Source: a virus
Lineage: Duplodnaviria; Caudoviricetes
DNA length: 64,000 nucleotides
Virus record (IMG/VR): IMGVR_UViG_3300020190_000004
Direction: 5' to 3' (one strand)
Under the pieces are notes generated by a model that saw only the letters and a list, made by a program, of their open reading frames with translations, made no database searches and was not told the DNA's origin. This document shows positions 63,550 through 64,000 of the stretch, piece by piece. Position 1 is the stretch's first letter. Each line of letters begins with the position of its first letter. The position numbers and the translations under genes were made by a program.

Positions 63550-63575
63550 CTTTTGTTTGCAAAGTTATTAACAAT

Positions 63576-63998
63576 TTATCTTTTATGAAATAAAACATCA
63601 TAATAAGGACTTCCATGGCGCCAGTTAGTACCTATTGCCTCGTGTTTATATCCTAAATATGTTAACTTTTGTATGCACTCAAATGTTTTAATTCTTAAAG
63701 CAGGATCTAAAAAGTCATGGAATTCTACTGTGTATTGGTCAGGTTTCTTTAGAGTTTCATTGTCGGCTAGTATAAACATATCCCATTCAGCGCCTTCAAT
63801 ATCAACTTTAACTAAGTCTATTTTATCAAACTTATCAAAAATTTGTTTAAGAGTGTAGCCTTTAACTGTATGAGGTACTCCAGAAAAGTAATTTACTGTT
63901 GCTGAACCTCCTTGAGTTGAGTTTACATCTTCATAAAAAGTGACAGTATCAACTTCTTTACCGACAACAGCTCCTAGTACTTTTTCCGAGCGACCTTC
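63576..63998 (-). CDS. FkbM-family SAM methyltransferase, 5' end outside the window
   Basis: The frame is open to the window edge: ...TLKQIFDKFDKIDLVKVDIEGAEWD..VEFH. The track's 67-aa ORF is only the tail. Confidence 0.85.
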   Translation of the reverse strand, partial: EGRSEKVLGAVVGKEVDTVTFYEDVNSTQGGSATVNYFSGVPHTVKGYTLKQIFDKFDKIDLVKVDIEGAEWDMFILADNETLKKPDQYTVEFHDFLDPALRIKTFECIQKLTYLGYKHEAIGTNWRHGSPYYDVLFHKR

Positions 63999-64000
63999 AA

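Noticed and set aside
1-64000. Stop-codon reassignment, as in some large phages
   Set aside because: ORFs of 1500-2500 aa are intact and coding density is near complete under the standard code.
1-64000. tRNA, rRNA, CRISPR array, integrase/transposase, intein/intron or DGR
   Set aside because: None recognised by eye. Intergenic gaps are mostly too short, and no RT or homing-endonuclease motifs were seen. A tRNAscan/Infernal run would be decisive.

Overview
This window is a gene-dense, AT-rich fragment of a large myovirus-type (T4-like, probably jumbo) phage, read in the standard genetic code and almost entirely on the minus strand. A Bacteroidota host is likely (DUF4494-like gene, no Shine-Dalgarno motifs). 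From 49.6 kb down to base 1 runs a virion-morphogenesis block: gp48/54-like, gp53/LysM, gp27-like hub, gp5-like spike, gp13 neck, gp25, gp6, a gp7-like protein, several very large structural proteins, and a collagen-containing fibre gene that runs off the left edge and is missing from the ORF track. Non-structural genes sit inside this block: a 4-domain ribosomal protein S1, an amidoligase, PhoH, a HAD phosphatase, two tandem SET methyltransferases, a 3'-5' exonuclease and a glycosylase that closely resembles eukaryotic NEIL1. The region from 49.6 to 64 kb is accessory: CapA-like, Nudix, GH19 endolysin, holin candidates, BPL-N, DUF932, SLT transglycosylase and a partial FkbM gene. The main signal is that about 12 otherwise unrelated ORFs share an N-terminal MK(H)IKTFE(N/E)FLNE-type tag resembling the T4 capsid-targeting, protease-cleaved leader, which suggests a set of virion-packaged, injected cargo proteins. 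Two recurring promoter-like motifs separate structural from non-structural genes. No tRNA, rRNA, CRISPR array or mobile element was recognised. All family calls come from motif recognition by eye, not from database searches.
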